DNA of 64,000 bases, from assembly GCA_030583685.1 (NCBI GenBank), contig CP129470.1, forward strand, positions 340,345 to 404,344, written 5' to 3'. How positions within the stretch are numbered: position 1 is the stretch's first letter; the number at the start of each line of letters is the position of its first letter. This document shows, piece after piece, positions 11,101 to 20,016 of the stretch. The position numbers and the translations under genes were made by a program. Below the pieces are notes generated by a model. That model made no database searches. It was not told the origin of the DNA and worked only from the letters and a program-made list of their open reading frames with translations. The DNA comes from Candidatus Dojkabacteria bacterium (GTDB lineage Bacteria; Patescibacteriota; Dojkabacteria; GCA-002793355).

Positions 11101-11770
11101 CGCCCGTTGCGACTAACTTTCTATTCGCTTTTGTTGCGAGTTCTTGTAACAAAGGATCCATAAACTCTTGACTTGCTGCATCAGAGGTTTGTCGTTGAAT
11201 TTCTATATAAAAATCATCACCAAAGATAGAGCCATATTCCTCTACGAGCCCGAGTGCTTTCTTCATCCCTAACTCCGTATTGTTTCGATTGGACCAAAAA
11301 GCTCCTGGAATCTCCCCACCATAACAACCACTGAGGGCAATCAACCCTTCACTGTGCTTTCTCAACAACTCTTTATCAATGCGGGGTTTGTAGTAATAAC
11401 CGTCTGTATTTGCAATAGAAACCAGTTTTAACAAATTTTTATAGCCGGTAAAGTTCTTTGCAAGAAGTGTTAGATGATAGTACATCTTTTCTTCATCTTC
11501 ATTTCGCCGAAGACTTCCTTCTCGACTTCGATGATCTTTCGTAATGTAGGTTTCAACACCAAAGATTGGTTTTAACTCGTTCTCCTTTGCGACTTTCGCA
11601 AATTCAACAACACCGTGCATGACCCCGTGATCGGTTAACGCTAAGCTCGACATACCAAATTCTTTTGCACGAACACCGAGTTCCTTTAATTTGATAAGAC
11701 CGTCTAACATGGAATACTCGGAGTGCAAATGCAAGTGAACAAAAGGTTTTGTTGAGCTTACTTGATCCAT
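8180..11770 (-). CDS. dnaE: DNA polymerase III alpha subunit
   Basis: N-terminal PHP domain 'HLHLHSEYSMLDGLIKLKELGVRAKEFGMSSLALTDHGVMHG'. Length 1196 aa. Polymerase core motifs 'GLLKYDFLGLRTLTVL' and 'MAAYRPGPM'. C-terminal OB region. Confidence 0.95.
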   Translation of the reverse strand: MDQVSSTKPFVHLHLHSEYSMLDGLIKLKELGVRAKEFGMSSLALTDHGVMHGVVEFAKVAKENELKPIFGVETYITKDHRSREGSLRRNEDEEKMYYHLTLLAKNFTGYKNLLKLVSIANTDGYYYKPRIDKELLRKHSEGLIALSGCYGGEIPGAFWSNRNNTELGMKKALGLVEEYGSIFGDDFYIEIQRQTSDAASQEFMDPLLQELATKANRKLVATGDVHYLLHEDAKIQDIFWAIHEGRTIYDPKHKPMTTDQLYFKSPEEMYTLFSDIPHAPLNTNEVAEKIEKYSIFFDRVQPKFPDIPEGMTADSVLRDLAFSGAQERYGKITKETEERLNYELGVIHDKGYDDYFLIVADYIRWARSQGIIVGPGRGSGAGSVVAYTTRITDIDPFWWGLQFERFLNPYRPSPPDFDIDFQDDRRDEVIRYIEQKYGHDNVSAICAIGRMDTKAAIRDVSRALAIPLDQADKVAKMIPVKRGKPMPIAEAMETMPEFRNFVEADSKLMQMVEAVKRIKKIARNVSVHACGYVITPEPIVEYVPERRAPQNTELVITQIEGAHLEDVGLMKYDFLGLRTLTVLNNTEGAIKRQHDITIDWETMGMEDKKSYVLFQKALTDGIFQFESQGMKKYLIDLVPETILDICFMCAAYRPGPMAYIPDYIERKHGRKKIEYLHPDMEHLLHETMGYAIYQEQVMAIAVDMAGYSIGEADLLRRAMGKKKKEILDQEKPKFFEGMKKKGYTEELAEQVFAYLLPFADYGFNKSHSACYAVIAYRTAYLKAHHPVEFLVGLMQADMGHPDKLEGDLAQAVSMNVQVLPPHINQSSLEFSIEYHHDELEAKWLEDGFKEELEQRKAKGEYHYLGSIRYGLRGIKGASQKALEAIVEERATGGEYKHLDDLLTRGDLEKIDKKTLLILAQAGAMNDWGERNALLTLIPVLYDRYRAETKKENSEQMSMFSLTEQQSKQDFTQQTPLPTVEPVSIMQILKWEKELFGIYLSSHPLHQYTEYFMSIGAHSLEEAIRELPAEEIYIGAQVSRMKKLNTKNGDMMAFLDLEDTTTQVSAVLFPRTYQQFAKLLLENAEALNEAFLFKGRIDKRLDKVSFVVSGFEVVTQKSLDKAKKNAVSSITLALSKNLSKEDLDMMKAYISAHPGEVKLTFAIPAKGGTRLVAYKGGISYDFEVKKTLNRFGELTEN

Positions 11771-11772
11771 AG

Positions 11773-13473
11773 CTATCCTAACATTTCAACATCACCACCC
11801 AAAACAGAGTCAAATGCAGACTCGAGTGAAGCAATTGGATCTGCTTCAACTGATGTTCCGACCACAGAACCCTCTGAAAGCAAGGGAGATTTTGATGAGT
11901 CATGGACGACTTGCTTTTTGAAGACAATCTGTTCTTTGCTGAGTATACAAATAAACTGTACCGGTGAACCATAAATTTTCAATGCTGCTTTTCCTAACAA
12001 CTGCTGGTGTTTTGCGTTTTCTAGTTGCTTCTTATGAAAGTCAAACGGGACTTTAATTTCAATTTTAACAACCTGCAACTGAGAATCGAACTGGACTCCA
12101 CAAGGTACCGCGGGAACGAGAAAGGTGTACAGATGTCTCTGCTCTTTTTGCACTTCTTGAGTAAACTGCGGCCACAAATCCACAACGGTTTCGAAAGGAA
12201 TTGGTTTTGCGTCAATTCGGTGAGAAACCTTTTTTTTCTTCTTGACCGTTGCCTTTTTTGTTTTTCCTTTTTCACCCGTGGGTATTCTCTCCTCCGATGT
12301 CACTGCTTCGGATTTTTTACTCTCCTGTATTCCTGCTTGCATTTCCGTGATTTTGGCTGTTTCGTTCTTCTGTTTTACAGGTTCTGACTTACGTAAGGGG
12401 GTTCCGATTTCTCCCTCAGGAATTAACTGAATTGTTGCAAGCTGCAAGGGCAGTCGCTGATCAAATGAATATTTTTGCGATGTGTATGCTTCTAAGAGTA
12501 CTTTAATAATCTCCGTATATCGTGCAGAGGAAACACTTCGCAATATCGGGCCAATTTCGTCACCTAGCTCTCGCTCCATCATGACATCACGAACAAGTAA
12601 TATGACTGATTTGGTAAACTGAGCAATATTGGTTCCCCGAATAAAGATTTCATGTAATGCTGCCAGGGCTACCTCAAGAGACTTCTCTGCAAGTGCAACG
12701 ACATATGAATTAACCAACTCACTATCAGGTAACCCAAGGGCAATTCGAACCTCGTCAAAACTCAACTCTTTGTCACCTGTCGCAGCGACTATGGTATCAA
12801 GCAGAGAAACGGCATCTCGATAACTTCCGCCCGCGTGAGTTATAAGCAACTCTATACCTTTTTTGTCAACTTGGATGTTTTCGCTCTCCATTATGGAGGA
12901 TAGCGTTTGCTTCAATTCTTTTGTGCCACCAAGGCGGAATTCATATTTCTCACAACGAGATAAAATCGTTGCAGGAATTTTGTGTGGTTCTGTTGTCGCC
13001 AATATGAATGTCACATACGCTGGAGGCTCTTCTAGGGTTTTCAGAAGTGCATTAAAAGCCTCTTTGGTTAACATATGGACTTCATCGATAATGTAGATTT
13101 TTTTGCTACCCATCGTTGGGTTGTATTCTATCTTTTCTTTAATCTCTCTCATTTCGTCTATCCCACGATTCGACGCAGCATCTATTTCAATGAGGTCAAG
13201 GAACTTTCCCTGATCAAACGCAACACACATTGCACATGAACCACAAGGCTCTCCCTCGTGAAGTGCAGTACAGTTCAACGCCTTTGCAAGAATACGCGCA
13301 GTTGTTGTTTTTCCTGTTCCGCGAGGACCTATAAAGAGATATGCATGGCCAGCCAAATTCTTTTTGAGCTCAGCCTTCAGGAGTTTAGTAATATGCGATT
13401 GCCCAACCACCCCGGAAAAATCTTTTGGCCTGTAGCGAGTATACAAGGATGACATGCTGTCAGTGTACGACAA
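11773..13473 (-). CDS. dnaX: DNA polymerase III gamma/tau subunit
   Basis: Clamp-loader AAA+ motifs 'YLFIGPRGTGKTTTARILAKALNC'. Zinc module 'GEPCGSCAMCVAF'. 'IIDEVHMLT' and SRC motif 'ATILSRCEKYEF'. The stop lies 2 nt from the dnaE start. Confidence 0.95.
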   Translation of the reverse strand: MSYTDSMSSLYTRYRPKDFSGVVGQSHITKLLKAELKKNLAGHAYLFIGPRGTGKTTTARILAKALNCTALHEGEPCGSCAMCVAFDQGKFLDLIEIDAASNRGIDEMREIKEKIEYNPTMGSKKIYIIDEVHMLTKEAFNALLKTLEEPPAYVTFILATTEPHKIPATILSRCEKYEFRLGGTKELKQTLSSIMESENIQVDKKGIELLITHAGGSYRDAVSLLDTIVAATGDKELSFDEVRIALGLPDSELVNSYVVALAEKSLEVALAALHEIFIRGTNIAQFTKSVILLVRDVMMERELGDEIGPILRSVSSARYTEIIKVLLEAYTSQKYSFDQRLPLQLATIQLIPEGEIGTPLRKSEPVKQKNETAKITEMQAGIQESKKSEAVTSEERIPTGEKGKTKKATVKKKKKVSHRIDAKPIPFETVVDLWPQFTQEVQKEQRHLYTFLVPAVPCGVQFDSQLQVVKIEIKVPFDFHKKQLENAKHQQLLGKAALKIYGSPVQFICILSKEQIVFKKQVVHDSSKSPLLSEGSVVGTSVEADPIASLESAFDSVLGGDVEMLG

Positions 13474-13720
13474 ACAATCGGTATGTTCAACTGTTTCACA
13501 CGAGGAATCCGTTTAACTCCTGATATCTGCTACTTCTGCGATTTTTTCAAGAACGAGCACATGTTTTGTCGTCACTTTTTTCTCATAACTTCAGAAATCA
13601 GCAACCAACTTCTCCACTGCTAAACTCCTTTTTGCAACCGTGTAAAGGTATATAACAATCTGTTGACGAATAATTCTCAAGAAGCAGTGTACAGAAACAA
13701 ACAAAACTGTTGCACGGTTT

Positions 13721-14020
13721 TTATCTACCGAATTCTTCAAAAATTCGTTCTGTGTCATCACCGTGCTCATTACGGAACTGCTCCGTCATATCAGTTCCAC
13801 ATTCAAAGATATCTCCACCTTCGTGCCGATTCCGAAATTCTGAAACATCATAGTCAGTCCCAAACAACGTCACAAGACACGGTTGTTCTGGAGACGCTTG
13901 TCTATTCGGAGCATTCTGAGGACGACGACCAACTTCAGAACGACCTTGATTCTGTCCGAAAAAAACGAACGCGAGTATAAGCAACACAATACCCATCACT
14001 ATTCCAATCGAATGCTTCAT
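13721..14020 (-). CDS. small membrane-anchored cytochrome b5-like heme-binding-domain protein (tentative)
   Basis: N-terminal TM 'IGIVMGIVLLILAFVFF'. 'YDVSEFRNRHEGGDIFECGTDMTEQFRNEHG' parallels the cytochrome b5 core 'YDVTKFLEEHPGGEEVL..AGGDATE.F..VGHS', including both heme-ligand His positions, but the canonical HPGG is HEGG here. Confidence 0.35.
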   Translation of the reverse strand: MKHSIGIVMGIVLLILAFVFFGQNQGRSEVGRRPQNAPNRQASPEQPCLVTLFGTDYDVSEFRNRHEGGDIFECGTDMTEQFRNEHGDDTERIFEEFGR

Positions 14021-14036
14021 GTCCTATTTTACCATG

Positions 14037-15524
14037 CTAGAAATTTGCCTCGTACAGCATTTTTTCTACCGGTGCATACTCATCTGTGAGTACAATCCCT
14101 TGTTGTGAGGAAGAACTGCTGTCAAAACGGTTCTGCAAGAATGAATTGAAATATTCATCAGTTGAAACCGTTGGAAAAGGTGATTTCGAGGCGACAATCA
14201 TAATGTTCTGATATATTTCTTTTGCTTCGGGTAACACCTTAAATGTCGTCACATACGGAAAGACCTCTTGCAATGTTTTCACCTGCGCGTGTAAATAGCG
14301 TGAGCCACTTCCTTCTTGGGCAGAAATCACGTTCATGATAAAGATGCCTTCTTCTGAAAGTGCAGCATATATTTTTTCCATAGCTTCCTTCGTGGTTAAA
14401 TGAAATGGTACTGCATATCGCGAACCAAATGCATCACCTAAAATCGCATCATACTTCCGCGGAGGATTATTGAGAAAAATCCGCGCGTCTTGATGATAAA
14501 TGGTTAACCGAGGATCATCAACCAAGCGAAAATATTTTCTCGCGAGGGCAGTTACACCTGGATCAATTTCAACAACATCAAGGGAAAGATGAGGATACTT
14601 TTCCAAGGCATGTTTTGGATAGGAATACCCTGCACCACCTAACATCAACACTCGTTGCGCGTTTGGAACCGCAAGGGAAAAGAGATCGTAATATTTTGTG
14701 TACTCATTAACCAATTCATTGCTCTCCAAGTACATTGCAGAATGATTCTCATTATTAATGCCGAGAATTCTCACTTTGTTTCCCTCCGTGTTTGTCACGG
14801 TATAGAGCAAAACTCGGTTATATTGTGTATCTACATCAAGTGGATTTGCCGCATCACGAAAGCTATAGTAGTAAACACTATATGACAGCACAAAAAGAAA
14901 CGTCACTCCTAGAGAACCAATTTGACCACCTGTTTTGGGAAGAAAAAGCCCGACTCCAACAAGAAGTAATAATACTATTAGACCAATTAGTATACTGGTT
15001 GTACCAAACAGCGGAATGAGAATAAGCCCTGCAGCAAACGTTCCAACTATACTCCCAATCGTGGAAATTGCGCTCAAATTACCTACCAGAATACCCAACC
15101 GTTTTTCCTCTTGGCCTTTTAGGGTCATTGCATACGGCGTAATTGCTCCTAGAAAAAAACTTGTCGGCCCAAACAACAGGATAGTTGTTACAAACGCCGC
15201 AACAAGAAACGGAAGCTTCCCTATAAGTATCACAGAAATGATTATGTCACGAAGTAATAGTGTTACCGCGAGTGTCATCCCTGCAAACAGATATAAACGT
15301 GAGAAAAAGGAAACGGTTGCCCCATCGTTCGCTTTTCTTCCTCCCCAAATATACCCGAGGCTAATACTTCCCAACACAATCCCAATAAGCAATGTCCAAA
15401 TCTGAAGTGAGGTACCAAAATAAGGCCCCATAACTCGTGAGCCAACAATTTCAAACACCATAATCGAGAAACTTGCCAGAAAAACTGCAATTTCATAGCG
15501 ATAACGAAGGAGATTCATGTCCAT
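14037..15524 (-). CDS. polyamine aminopropyltransferase (spermidine synthase)-like protein fused to an N-terminal polytopic membrane domain
   Basis: About 7 N-terminal hydrophobic helices. C-terminal Rossmann-type SAM-like fold 'RVLMLGGAGYSYPKHALEKYPHLSLDVVEIDPGVTALARKYF...DAILGDAFG' typical of the SpeE family. Confidence 0.6.
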   Translation of the reverse strand: MDMNLLRYRYEIAVFLASFSIMVFEIVGSRVMGPYFGTSLQIWTLLIGIVLGSISLGYIWGGRKANDGATVSFFSRLYLFAGMTLAVTLLLRDIIISVILIGKLPFLVAAFVTTILLFGPTSFFLGAITPYAMTLKGQEEKRLGILVGNLSAISTIGSIVGTFAAGLILIPLFGTTSILIGLIVLLLLVGVGLFLPKTGGQIGSLGVTFLFVLSYSVYYYSFRDAANPLDVDTQYNRVLLYTVTNTEGNKVRILGINNENHSAMYLESNELVNEYTKYYDLFSLAVPNAQRVLMLGGAGYSYPKHALEKYPHLSLDVVEIDPGVTALARKYFRLVDDPRLTIYHQDARIFLNNPPRKYDAILGDAFGSRYAVPFHLTTKEAMEKIYAALSEEGIFIMNVISAQEGSGSRYLHAQVKTLQEVFPYVTTFKVLPEAKEIYQNIMIVASKSPFPTVSTDEYFNSFLQNRFDSSSSSQQGIVLTDEYAPVEKMLYEANF

Positions 15525-15562
15525 ATTGTAGCGTGTTTTTTTGGGAATTCCATCGCAGTTGC

Positions 15563-15599
15563 AAAAAAAAGAGGGAGCTTTCGCCCCCTCTTCTTTTTT
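15563..15599. terminator. bidirectional intrinsic terminator downstream of rplL
   Basis: 'AAAAAAAAGAGGGAGCtttcGCCCCCTCTTCTTTTTT': a GC-rich imperfect hairpin flanked by an A-run on one side and a T-run on the other, 19 nt below the rplL stop. Confidence 0.45.
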
Positions 15600-15617
15600 G
15601 CGAAAATCGCAACAGGA

Positions 15618-16001
15618 TTACTTAACAGTGACTGTTGCGCCAGCTTCTTTCAGCTTGGCTGCAATTTCTTCTGCCTCTGCCTTTGCAACACCTTCCTTAA
15701 CGGATTTTGGTGCGCTTTCAACAAAGTCTTTTGCTTCTGTTAATCCAAGACCGGTAAGATCTTTCACGACCTTAATTACTCCGATTTTGTTTGACCCTGC
15801 GTTTTCGAGAACAACGTCAAAAGTGGATTTCTCCTCTTCTGGTGCTGCCGCTGCTGCGGGAGCTGCGACTGCAACTGCTGGTGCTGCTGCACTGACGCCA
15901 AATTTCTCTTCCATTGCCTTCACAAGGTCGGCAAGTTCGAGAACGCTCATCTCAGAAACGAGGTCGAGAACTTCCTGTTGTTTTTTGTTGAGTTCTGCCA
16001 T
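15618..16001 (-). CDS. rplL: 50S ribosomal protein L7/L12
   Basis: '[36 protein letters not shown]', an Ala-rich hinge, and C-terminal '[56 protein letters not shown]'. Confidence 0.95.
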   Translation of the reverse strand: MAELNKKQQEVLDLVSEMSVLELADLVKAMEEKFGVSAAAPAVAVAAPAAAAAPEEEKSTFDVVLENAGSNKIGVIKVVKDLTGLGLTEAKDFVESAPKSVKEGVAKAEAEEIAAKLKEAGATVTVK

Positions 16002-16039
16002 GTTTCTCTTAGTAATATTATGTTTCTAAAAAAACTGAA

Positions 16040-16609
16040 TTACTCAGCCTTCTTATTCTGTAAATCAGATACTGCGTACACAAATGCGCGAGGAACTCCC
16101 TGCATCACATTGAGTAAGCCAGTTAATGGTGCTGCCATTGTGCCGACAAGTTGGGCAAGAATCGTTTGTTTGTCGGGAAGTTTAGACAGGCGAGCTACAT
16201 CTTGGTCGTTTAATACTGAACCGCTCACATATCCGAATTTGTAACTAAACGGGACATATTTTGCGACAGTGTCATCATCAGCACCGGTTAACGACAATTG
16301 TGCCTTTGCGTCTTTTACTGCATCGTCCAGTTTCTTGACAGCGGTAACAATATCATTTCCGCCTTCGATAACAGCAAGTTGTCCAACAAAGTTCTGTGCT
16401 GCCAGCTGAGAATCTTTTTCTGCTGCTTTTGCAAAAACAGTGTTTTTAATAACAAAAAGCTTTCCGTCAACTTCAGAAAGAAGTTTACGTAATGTTGTAA
16501 TTGATCGTGCAGGAACTTTATTTGTCTCGATGACAATAAAATTCGATTTGGTGACAACATCCTGATATGCGGAGAAAAGCTCTGCTTTCTGTGCTTTATT
16601 CTTTGGCAT
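16040..16609 (-). CDS. rplJ: 50S ribosomal protein L10
   Basis: 'MPKNKAQKAELFSAYQDVVTKSNFIVIETNKVPARSITTLRKLLSE..' matches the L10 family pattern. The start is taken at the internal Met (MPKNK). Confidence 0.9.
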   Translation of the reverse strand: MPKNKAQKAELFSAYQDVVTKSNFIVIETNKVPARSITTLRKLLSEVDGKLFVIKNTVFAKAAEKDSQLAAQNFVGQLAVIEGGNDIVTAVKKLDDAVKDAKAQLSLTGADDDTVAKYVPFSYKFGYVSGSVLNDQDVARLSKLPDKQTILAQLVGTMAAPLTGLLNVMQGVPRAFVYAVSDLQNKKAE

Positions 16610-16798
16610 TATAATCAAAACAAAATTACCTGAGAACAAAGAAAAAGGAAAAACTGAAAGTTTGACCTCGGCAGGGTATTAAAGCTCTTGTGCAAGCTAC
16701 CTGCTGTCTTTGATCTGAGGTATTATAGCACAACCGGAGCAAAGATTAAAGCGTTGAAACGATAGTGCTCATTACCTCAGCCGATTAAAGCTTTAATA

Positions 16799-17599
16799 CT
16801 AATCTTCATTTGGACCTCTTCCTTCACCGCCGCCAAGACGGCCATATCCTTCAACGACTTTCTTAACAATCTTTGATCCTGCATAAATACCCAATGCAAG
16901 AAAAATTACCGACCCGATAGAAGAAGTGATACTTCTTGATGCCTTCCGAGGAGTTGCGTAACGACGTGTTGAGGTACCTACATGCACTTTCAAAAACAAG
17001 TACCGATACCCTTTGGCGACAGCTTGAGCAAAGAATTCTCTATCCTCCCCAACCCCAATATTTTCGTCAAATCCCCCAGAATGGATGAATACTTTATTTT
17101 TTACAAGAATAAATGCACCGCCTTCAATTAACGCCTTGTTTATAACACTTTGCATTCGTCGCACAGAATTCCACCAACCATATACAAGTGTTCCTGCAAT
17201 GTACCCAAATTTTGTTGCATCTTCTTTTTCTGGAGTAAACCCAGCAGACGCAATATCTGCCTCTTGTGTGAGAAATTCCGAAAATGCCTCAATCAATGAA
17301 GATTTGGTTAACAATCTTGTATCCGCATCCAAAAACAACAGGTATTCTTGTGTCGCGACTTTTGCACCATTGTTGCGACCGACGGCAACCTTTCCACCCT
17401 CTACAACGATACAGCCGTATTTTTTTGCAATTTCCCTCGTCTTATCGGGTGATTGTGCGTCGGCAACAATAACTTCGTATGGACCGATAATTTGGTCCTG
17501 AATACTTTTGAGCAACTTAGGTAACGTCTTCTCCTCACAGTAGGTTGGAATGACAATTGAAATTGGAAGTTTGGTAAGAGAAATAGGGTTTTGACTCAT
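16799..17599 (-). CDS. family 2 glycosyltransferase
   Basis: 'ISIVIPTYCEEKTLPKLLKSI' GT-A N-terminus and a 'LFLDADTRL' DxD-type motif. Confidence 0.75.
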   Translation of the reverse strand: MSQNPISLTKLPISIVIPTYCEEKTLPKLLKSIQDQIIGPYEVIVADAQSPDKTREIAKKYGCIVVEGGKVAVGRNNGAKVATQEYLLFLDADTRLLTKSSLIEAFSEFLTQEADIASAGFTPEKEDATKFGYIAGTLVYGWWNSVRRMQSVINKALIEGGAFILVKNKVFIHSGGFDENIGVGEDREFFAQAVAKGYRYLFLKVHVGTSTRRYATPRKASRSITSSIGSVIFLALGIYAGSKIVKKVVEGYGRLGGGEGRGPNED

Positions 17600-17781
17600 C
17601 TTCGGGATCGCTCAAATAAACTGGACCACCATGCCTTAACTGCAATAATAGTGCGATTCCCACCGGCAACACCCAGTGCTCCGAGTAAGACAACAAGTGC
17701 AGCAATAATTGATTTTTTGACGATGGGGAGCATTTCTGAGTTCACGCTTCATTGTATCATGCTACAATATGAGGAACAATT

Positions 17782-18954
17782 ATGAATATCATCCATTTTT
17801 CCGACACCTATTACCCTAACCTTAATGGAGTCGTTGTTGCCGTAGAGCAGTTTGCAAAACGAGCAGCCGCAGCAGGACACAAGGTCATACTCTTTGTTCC
17901 CGCCTGCTCACTCAAAAAAACTGTAGAGCACCACGAGAACCTAACCATTTATCGCATACGCTCTATTCCTTTTCCCATTTATCCAGGAGTTCAAGCTGCC
18001 CTACCAAACCTTGCCCGAATGTTTACGCAAATACGTGAATTCAAGCCCGACATCGTCCATATTCATACACCGGCAGTGCTAGGAGTCTTGGGAATTATTT
18101 TTGCACAAATTCTTTCGGTAAAGATTGTCAATACTTACCACACGCTGTTCTCAATGGGAACTGCCTATCTTTCACCGAAGCGACTGATTCCAGGTGCAAA
18201 AATTCAAGTCGCCTCAAACGAAGAAGGGTTACTTTCGTTGATTGCGTGGAAATTACAAGTTATTTTTTTCAACCTCAGCGATTTAGTCATCGCACCGACA
18301 AAAATAATTGAAAAAACGATAAAAAAACAAGGAGTGAAAGCTCGAATATTCACGCTCCCTTCTGGACTTGATTTATCACAATTCCCACAGAAAAAAATTG
18401 GAACATTACAATACAAAATTATTCATCTCGGCAGGCTTGGCTTTGAAAAAGCTACTGACATCATTATTAAAGCATTTGGACAGATAAAAGAGAAATATCC
18501 TCAAGCAACACTTACGATCGCGGGCGATGGACCTGATAGAAAGAATTTAGAGAAACTCGCAGACTCTCTTGGATTACGGGACTCAGTAACGTTTCTTGGT
18601 ATGGTTCCTCACGAGAAGGTATCTGCACTATATCGAGAACATGACGTTTTTATGACAGCATCACCTTTTGAAACACAAGGGCTCGTACTTAATGAAGCAA
18701 TGCTATCAGGACTCCCCGTCATCGCAGCTGCTGTGTATGCTCCTCGAGAAATTGTGATAGAAGGAAAAAATGGATACCTTTTTGCCGAAGGAAATGTAGA
18801 AGATTGTGTCAAAAAAACGATTTTACTCTTTCGTGATCCAAAAAAGTTTTCTACCCTCGCAAAGAACGCAAGAAAATCAGCAGAGGCATTCGACTCGATA
18901 TTGCTTACCAACAAGTTACTGACAACATACCAAAAACTCGCTCATAAAAAATAA
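17782..18954 (+). CDS. family 4 (GT-B) glycosyltransferase
   Basis: 'FSDTYYPNLNGVVVAVEQFAKRAAAAGHKVILFVP' N-domain. C-domain 'ASPFETQGLVLNEAMLSGLPVIAA' (EX7E-like). Confidence 0.75.
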   Translation: MNIIHFSDTYYPNLNGVVVAVEQFAKRAAAAGHKVILFVPACSLKKTVEHHENLTIYRIRSIPFPIYPGVQAALPNLARMFTQIREFKPDIVHIHTPAVLGVLGIIFAQILSVKIVNTYHTLFSMGTAYLSPKRLIPGAKIQVASNEEGLLSLIAWKLQVIFFNLSDLVIAPTKIIEKTIKKQGVKARIFTLPSGLDLSQFPQKKIGTLQYKIIHLGRLGFEKATDIIIKAFGQIKEKYPQATLTIAGDGPDRKNLEKLADSLGLRDSVTFLGMVPHEKVSALYREHDVFMTASPFETQGLVLNEAMLSGLPVIAAAVYAPREIVIEGKNGYLFAEGNVEDCVKKTILLFRDPKKFSTLAKNARKSAEAFDSILLTNKLLTTYQKLAHKK

Positions 18955-18965
18955 CGTTCTGTGCG

Positions 18966-19985
18966 TTATCCTATTGTCGTTATAGTTTTATCGAGCACAT
19001 CCAGATAATCAAGCGCCATTCCTGTACCACGGGCGACACAATGAATTGGGTCGTCTGCAAGGTACGCAGGCACACCAAGAGCTTTTGAGAATAATCGGTC
19101 TAGATTCTTTAACAACGAAGTACCGCCACTCATCACAATTCCTCTATCTATAATGTCCGCAGAGAGTTCTGGTGGAGTCCGCTCTAATAATTTTTTCAAT
19201 GACGCAAGAATTTCACCGAGCGGGGCTTTTAGTGCTTCAGCAATCTCATTCGTCGTAAATATATCCGCCCGAGGTAAGCCTGTTGCTAAATCTCGACCAC
19301 TCACCTCCATTTCTTCCTGTTTTTCAACCCGAACTGCCGAGCCAATCGTCATTTTAATTTTTTCTGCCATCTGCTCACCAATAATGAGTCCTCTTTCTCT
19401 GCGCGCATATGCTGCAATTGCACTGGTAAATTCATCTCCCGCTATACGCACAGAAGTCGCTATGACAATTCCGTTCAAAGAAATAACGGCAATTTCTGTG
19501 GTTCCTCCTCCCATATTGATAATCATATTTCCCGCAGATGAGTGAATGGGGAGTTTGGCACCGATTGCACCTGCAAGTGGCTCAGGAATTAAATATACTT
19601 TTCCGGCACCTGCACTCACGGCTGCTTTGATAACTGCACGTTTTTCAACAGAATTTATACCGACAGGAACAGATATCATAACTTCAGGACGAAACAAGCG
19701 AATCCGACCTATCGCCTTCGTAATAAAATATTTTAGTAACTCTTGCGTTACCCGCGAACTCGCAATAACACCATTCCGAAGCGGTCTCTTAATCATAATA
19801 CTCTCAGGGGTTTTCCCTAACATGACTTTTGCTTCTTGACCAATCGCAATAATGGACAAATCAGAGGTATCAATTGCGACTATGGTCGGTTCTTCTAAAA
19901 CGACCCCCTTTCCTTGTACAAAAACAACTGAATTTGCCGTACCAAGATCTATTCCTAATCGTTGAGGTCGAAGTAACATCGCCAT
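18966..19985 (-). CDS. mreB: rod-shape-determining actin homologue MreB
   Basis: Actin-fold phosphate motifs 'LGIDLGTANSVVFV' and 'INMGGGTTEIAVISLNGIVIATSVRIAGDEFTSAI'. Length 339 aa. Confidence 0.85.
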   Translation of the reverse strand: MAMLLRPQRLGIDLGTANSVVFVQGKGVVLEEPTIVAIDTSDLSIIAIGQEAKVMLGKTPESIMIKRPLRNGVIASSRVTQELLKYFITKAIGRIRLFRPEVMISVPVGINSVEKRAVIKAAVSAGAGKVYLIPEPLAGAIGAKLPIHSSAGNMIINMGGGTTEIAVISLNGIVIATSVRIAGDEFTSAIAAYARRERGLIIGEQMAEKIKMTIGSAVRVEKQEEMEVSGRDLATGLPRADIFTTNEIAEALKAPLGEILASLKKLLERTPPELSADIIDRGIVMSGGTSLLKNLDRLFSKALGVPAYLADDPIHCVARGTGMALDYLDVLDKTITTIG

Positions 19986-20016
19986 TGCTCATTATACCTT
20001 ATCCTCTAGAGAAAAT

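Noticed and set aside
13474-13720. Possible SRP RNA (ffs) upstream of dnaX, a common location.
   Set aside because: The conserved domain-IV motif (GGUCCGGAAGGAAGCAGC-like) is not present on either strand. Only a weak 'AAGAAGCAG' fragment occurs.
15541-16029. 162-aa Ala-rich ORF on the + strand.
   Set aside because: It is antisense to rplL (the L7/L12 Ala-rich hinge gives an open complementary frame), which makes it spurious.
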